From the NCBI GenBank assembly GCA_030432155.1, contig JAUIHQ010000003.1, positions 1 through 50,110 of the forward strand: a stretch of DNA of 50,110 nt, read 5' to 3'. Positions 46,984-50,110 of the stretch are shown here, one piece after another (position 1 is the stretch's first letter; each line of letters starts with the position of its first letter). A model generated the notes under the pieces. That model was not told where the DNA came from, ran no database searches, and saw only the letters and a list, made by a program, of their open reading frames with translations. The DNA is from a bacterium. GTDB lineage: Bacteria > Verrucomicrobiota > Kiritimatiellia > CAIVKH01. The translations under genes were made by a program, and so were the position numbers.

Positions 46984-48285
46984 ATGGATCATTTACTACT
47001 GGCCCGCAGCCAGATGGCCTTTGCCCTCGGGTTCCACATCATCTTCGCGTCGATCTCGATGGTGATGCCGTTCCTGATGTTTCTTGCCTACCGCGCCTAC
47101 CTGAAAACCCGCGATGATGCGGACCTGCGCCTGACCCGGGCCTGGATGAAAGGCAGCGCGATCCTGTTCGCAACCGGTGCGGTCAGCGGTACGGCCCTGA
47201 GCTTTCAGCTCGGCCTGCTGTGGCCGACCTTCATGGAGCATGCAGGCCCGATCTTCGGCATGCCGTTCTCGCTGGAAGGCGCGGCGTTTTTTCTCGAAGC
47301 CATCTTTCTCGGCCTCTTCCTGTATGGGTGGGGCCGCATTCCCGAGAAGCTTCACCTGTTTTTCGCCCTGATGGTCGGCGTGTGCGGCCTTGCCTCCGGC
47401 ATCCTCGTGATCGCGGCCAACGGCTGGATGAATGCCCCGGCCGGCTTCGACTGGGTGAACGGCCGCGCGGAAAACATCGATCCGTGGGCGGCGATGTTCA
47501 ACCGGGCCTGGCCGCTCCAGGCCCTTCACATGCTGATCGCGGCCTTCCAGGCGACCAGCATCGCCGCCATCGGACTGCATGCCGTCGGCCTGATGCTGAA
47601 ACCCGGCGCGGTATTTCACCGACGGGCCACGCAGTTCCTTGTCCCGTGCTTTGTCATCAGCTCGCTCGTCCAACCGCTGGTCGGCGACCTCAGCGCCAAA
47701 TCAGTCGCAGAACGGCAACCGGAAAAGCTGGCGGCCATGGAGGCCCACTTTCACACCGAATCACGCGCCCCCCTCCTGATCGGCGGGTGGCCGGACGAGG
47801 AAACCGAGACCGTTTCGTGGGGAATCAGGATTCCCGGCGGATTGAGCTTTCTCGCATTCGGCGATGTATCTGCCGAGGTCAAGGGCCTCGATGCGTTCCC
47901 CGAAGACGAACGCCCGCCGGTCGCCATCACCCACCTCGGCTTCCAGGTCATGGTCGGATTGGGCATGCTGATGGTGGTCATCGCCCTCGTATACCTGTAT
48001 GCCGGATGGAAGAAGATCGATCTGTTTCGCAGGCGATGGTGGCTCAAGCTCATGGTCGCCATGATACCCGCAGGATTCATTGCCCTGGAAGCGGGGTGGA
48101 TTGTCACCGAGGTGGGACGGCAGCCATGGATCATCTACCGGGTCATGAAAACCGCGGATTCGGTGACCCCGGTGACCGGTCTCGAATGGAGCTTCCTGAT
48201 CATCGTGATCCTGTATCTGACCCTGGGTGCGATATCGCTGTTTCTGCTCTGGCGGATGATGAAGCTCGAAACGGAGAGGGCCTGA
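46984..48285 (+). CDS. cydA: Cytochrome bd ubiquinol oxidase subunit I (short Q-loop)
   Basis: GFHIIF, GAVSG, FFLEAIF, QPEKLAAME, GWIVTEVGRQPW. Confidence 0.95.
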   Translation: MDHLLLARSQMAFALGFHIIFASISMVMPFLMFLAYRAYLKTRDDADLRLTRAWMKGSAILFATGAVSGTALSFQLGLLWPTFMEHAGPIFGMPFSLEGAAFFLEAIFLGLFLYGWGRIPEKLHLFFALMVGVCGLASGILVIAANGWMNAPAGFDWVNGRAENIDPWAAMFNRAWPLQALHMLIAAFQATSIAAIGLHAVGLMLKPGAVFHRRATQFLVPCFVISSLVQPLVGDLSAKSVAERQPEKLAAMEAHFHTESRAPLLIGGWPDEETETVSWGIRIPGGLSFLAFGDVSAEVKGLDAFPEDERPPVAITHLGFQVMVGLGMLMVVIALVYLYAGWKKIDLFRRRWWLKLMVAMIPAGFIALEAGWIVTEVGRQPWIIYRVMKTADSVTPVTGLEWSFLIIVILYLTLGAISLFLLWRMMKLETERA

Positions 48286-48286
48286 C

Positions 48287-49297
48287 ATGGAGATCACCTT
48301 TGCATTCCTGATCGTGGCCCTCGCCGCCTATGTCCTCTTTGGCGGGGCGGATTTCGGCGGGGGACTGCTCGAGGCGTCCCTTCACCGTCACCCGAAGCTT
48401 CAGCACCGGCTTCAAGCCACCATGGGGCCGGTCTGGGAGGCCAACCATGTGTGGCTGATCGCGGTGATCGTGATCCTGTTTGTGGGATTTCCCGTGGTCT
48501 ATGCCCGGTTGCTGACCGCGCTGTTTGTCCCTGTCAGCATCGCCCTTGCCGGCATCATCCTGCGGGGGTCCTTCTTTACCTTCCGCAAGTACGACCCGGA
48601 ACCGGAGAACCGCTCCGCGCTTTACAGCGTGTTGTTTAGAGCCAGTTCCGCCCTTTCCCCGGCCATGTTCGGCTTCGCCGCCGCCGCCATCCTCCAGCCG
48701 TTCCCGGTTGCAACCGGTGATTCTCCCCTCACCTTTTCCGAACTCTATATTCAGCCGTGGCTGACCTGGATGGGCCTGTTCTGCGCGATCTTTGTGAATG
48801 CGCTCTTCGCATACCTCGCCGCGGTCTTTTTCTATGGCGAAGTCAGCCCCGCGGAAGACCGAGCCGTGATTCGGACCCGGATCATCCTGTTTTTCGCCGC
48901 GACCTTCTTTTCCGGCGGCGCGGTGCTGGCATGGGGCATGACTCACGAGCTTGTGAATCTGTCCCGCGCCTTCACCCCGCTTCACCTGCTCATCCATGCC
49001 GCGGCATTTGCCGGCATCATCTGGATGATCGTTGCGATCCGGCGGAACCGCACCTGGCAGATGCGGTTGGCCGCCGGGGTTCAAACCCTGGCCATTCTCG
49101 GCAACTGGCACCATATCCGATATCCGGTGATGCTGGCCTTCGACGACGGCACAATCCTCACGGTCCGGAACAGCGCGGCGCCGGCGGTCACCATCTTCTG
49201 GCTGAACATCGGTCTCGTTGTGGTCCTCGCCCTCGTCCTCCCCCTGCTGGTCTACCTGTACCGGGTATTTCAGGATGCCCCGGATACACAGGCCTGA
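48287..49297 (+). CDS. cydB: Cytochrome bd ubiquinol oxidase subunit II
   Basis: GGADFGGG, GPVWEANHVWLI, LRGSFFTFR. Confidence 0.93.
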   Translation: MEITFAFLIVALAAYVLFGGADFGGGLLEASLHRHPKLQHRLQATMGPVWEANHVWLIAVIVILFVGFPVVYARLLTALFVPVSIALAGIILRGSFFTFRKYDPEPENRSALYSVLFRASSALSPAMFGFAAAAILQPFPVATGDSPLTFSELYIQPWLTWMGLFCAIFVNALFAYLAAVFFYGEVSPAEDRAVIRTRIILFFAATFFSGGAVLAWGMTHELVNLSRAFTPLHLLIHAAAFAGIIWMIVAIRRNRTWQMRLAAGVQTLAILGNWHHIRYPVMLAFDDGTILTVRNSAAPAVTIFWLNIGLVVVLALVLPLLVYLYRVFQDAPDTQA

Positions 49298-49307
49298 TAC
49301 GGTCGTC

Positions 49308-49342
49308 TTGCATATATTGCCCGCCCTTCGTACGCTTCAACA
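49308..49342 (+). promoter_or_regulatory. Putative leaderless sigma70 promoter
   Basis: TTGCAT (49308-13), 17 bp, TACGCT (49331-36), 6 nt, ATG 49343. Confidence 0.5.
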
Positions 49343-50110
49343 ATGACCACCCTTGATGTACGGCAGTCTCTTTCAGCGCTCTTCTTCTGTTGTGCTGTTG
49401 CCGGTTGCGGGCCCTCCCGGCCCGCCCCTCATGTCGAGCCGGTCATCGATGAGACCCTTGCCGCGGCTTCCGTGATCCCCCCGGCATCAGCCCGGGCCTG
49501 TGCGGAATGTCACGAAAGGGAATACCGGGAATGGCTGGCGTCCCAGCATGCTCACGCCAATCGCCTGGTTTCGGATGACGAGGATGCCGGGGCGTTCACC
49601 CCCGACCGCACCGTGGAGGAAGGTTCGTTCACCACCACGATGTCACACCCCGCATCCGGCGTCTTTCGCTTCATCGCCGCATTTAGCAACCAAACCCCGT
49701 CGGTTCACGATGCCGAGGCGGTCATCGGCATCACCCCGCTCCGGCAGTACCTTGTTCCCTTCCCCGGTGGAAGACTCCAGACCGTCGATGTTTCCTACGA
49801 TCCGCGAAGCAACGACTGGTTCAACGCCCAGGGCAGCGAAAATCGGCAGCCCCATGAATGGGGGTTCTGGAAAAACCGGAGCATGACCTGGAACGTCCAA
49901 TGTGCGTTCTGCCACATGACCGGATTCGAAAAGAACTACGACATCGACACCGATGCCTATGCGTCAACCTGGAAGGCCATGGGCATTTCCTGCGCCCAGT
50001 GCCACGGTGACATGACCGCCCACATGGAGAACCCCGGTGCGCCGGTGGACGCCTCGGTGACGGCATCGTCCGACATGATCATGGATAACTGCGCTTCCTG
50101 CCATGCCCGG
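49343..50110 (+). CDS. Multiheme c-type cytochrome lipoprotein (c554-like), 3'-truncated by window edge
   Basis: Hand translation from ATG 49343 is open to the end: lipobox VAGC, then CAECH, PLRQYL..FPGGRLQ, WNVQCAFCH, ISCAQCHG and NCASCH. Absent from the ORF track because it has no stop in the window. Confidence 0.85.
   Translation, partial: MTTLDVRQSLSALFFCCAVAGCGPSRPAPHVEPVIDETLAAASVIPPASARACAECHEREYREWLASQHAHANRLVSDDEDAGAFTPDRTVEEGSFTTTMSHPASGVFRFIAAFSNQTPSVHDAEAVIGITPLRQYLVPFPGGRLQTVDVSYDPRSNDWFNAQGSENRQPHEWGFWKNRSMTWNVQCAFCHMTGFEKNYDIDTDAYASTWKAMGISCAQCHGDMTAHMENPGAPVDASVTASSDMIMDNCASCHAR

Overview
High-GC (~60-65%) bacterial chromosomal window with no rRNA, tRNA, CRISPR array or transposase that I can detect. 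Gene content suggests a PVC-superphylum host such as Kiritimatiellota or Verrucomicrobiota (inference): arylsulfatase, a soluble AtoS/AtoC-like sigma54 system, TPR/coiled-coil proteins, a DUF2723 protein, and large secreted proteins rich in Thr-Asn and ending in a YR-type domain. The main feature is a complete, translationally coupled 14-gene Mrp-linked energy-converting [NiFe]-hydrogenase operon (20399-28561) in the archaeal mbhA-N order, with intact Ni-binding cysteines. Other redox genes are a nine-heme secreted cytochrome c with adhesin-like domains, cydAB, a multiheme lipoprotein cut off by the window end (missed by the ORF track), and a GSDH-diheme fusion. The window also has two vapBC modules, a surA-pdxA-rsmA operon headed by a DUF2723 GT-C protein, a MATE / M29-peptidase / OvoA-like methyltransferase cluster, an HNH nuclease, a LysM amidase and an HD protein. 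Non-coding signals include a GGAG-type REP family with covarying stems, two ~150 bp fold-back elements flanking an orphan gene, tandem palindromes upstream of mbh, and repeated leaderless-promoter geometry.
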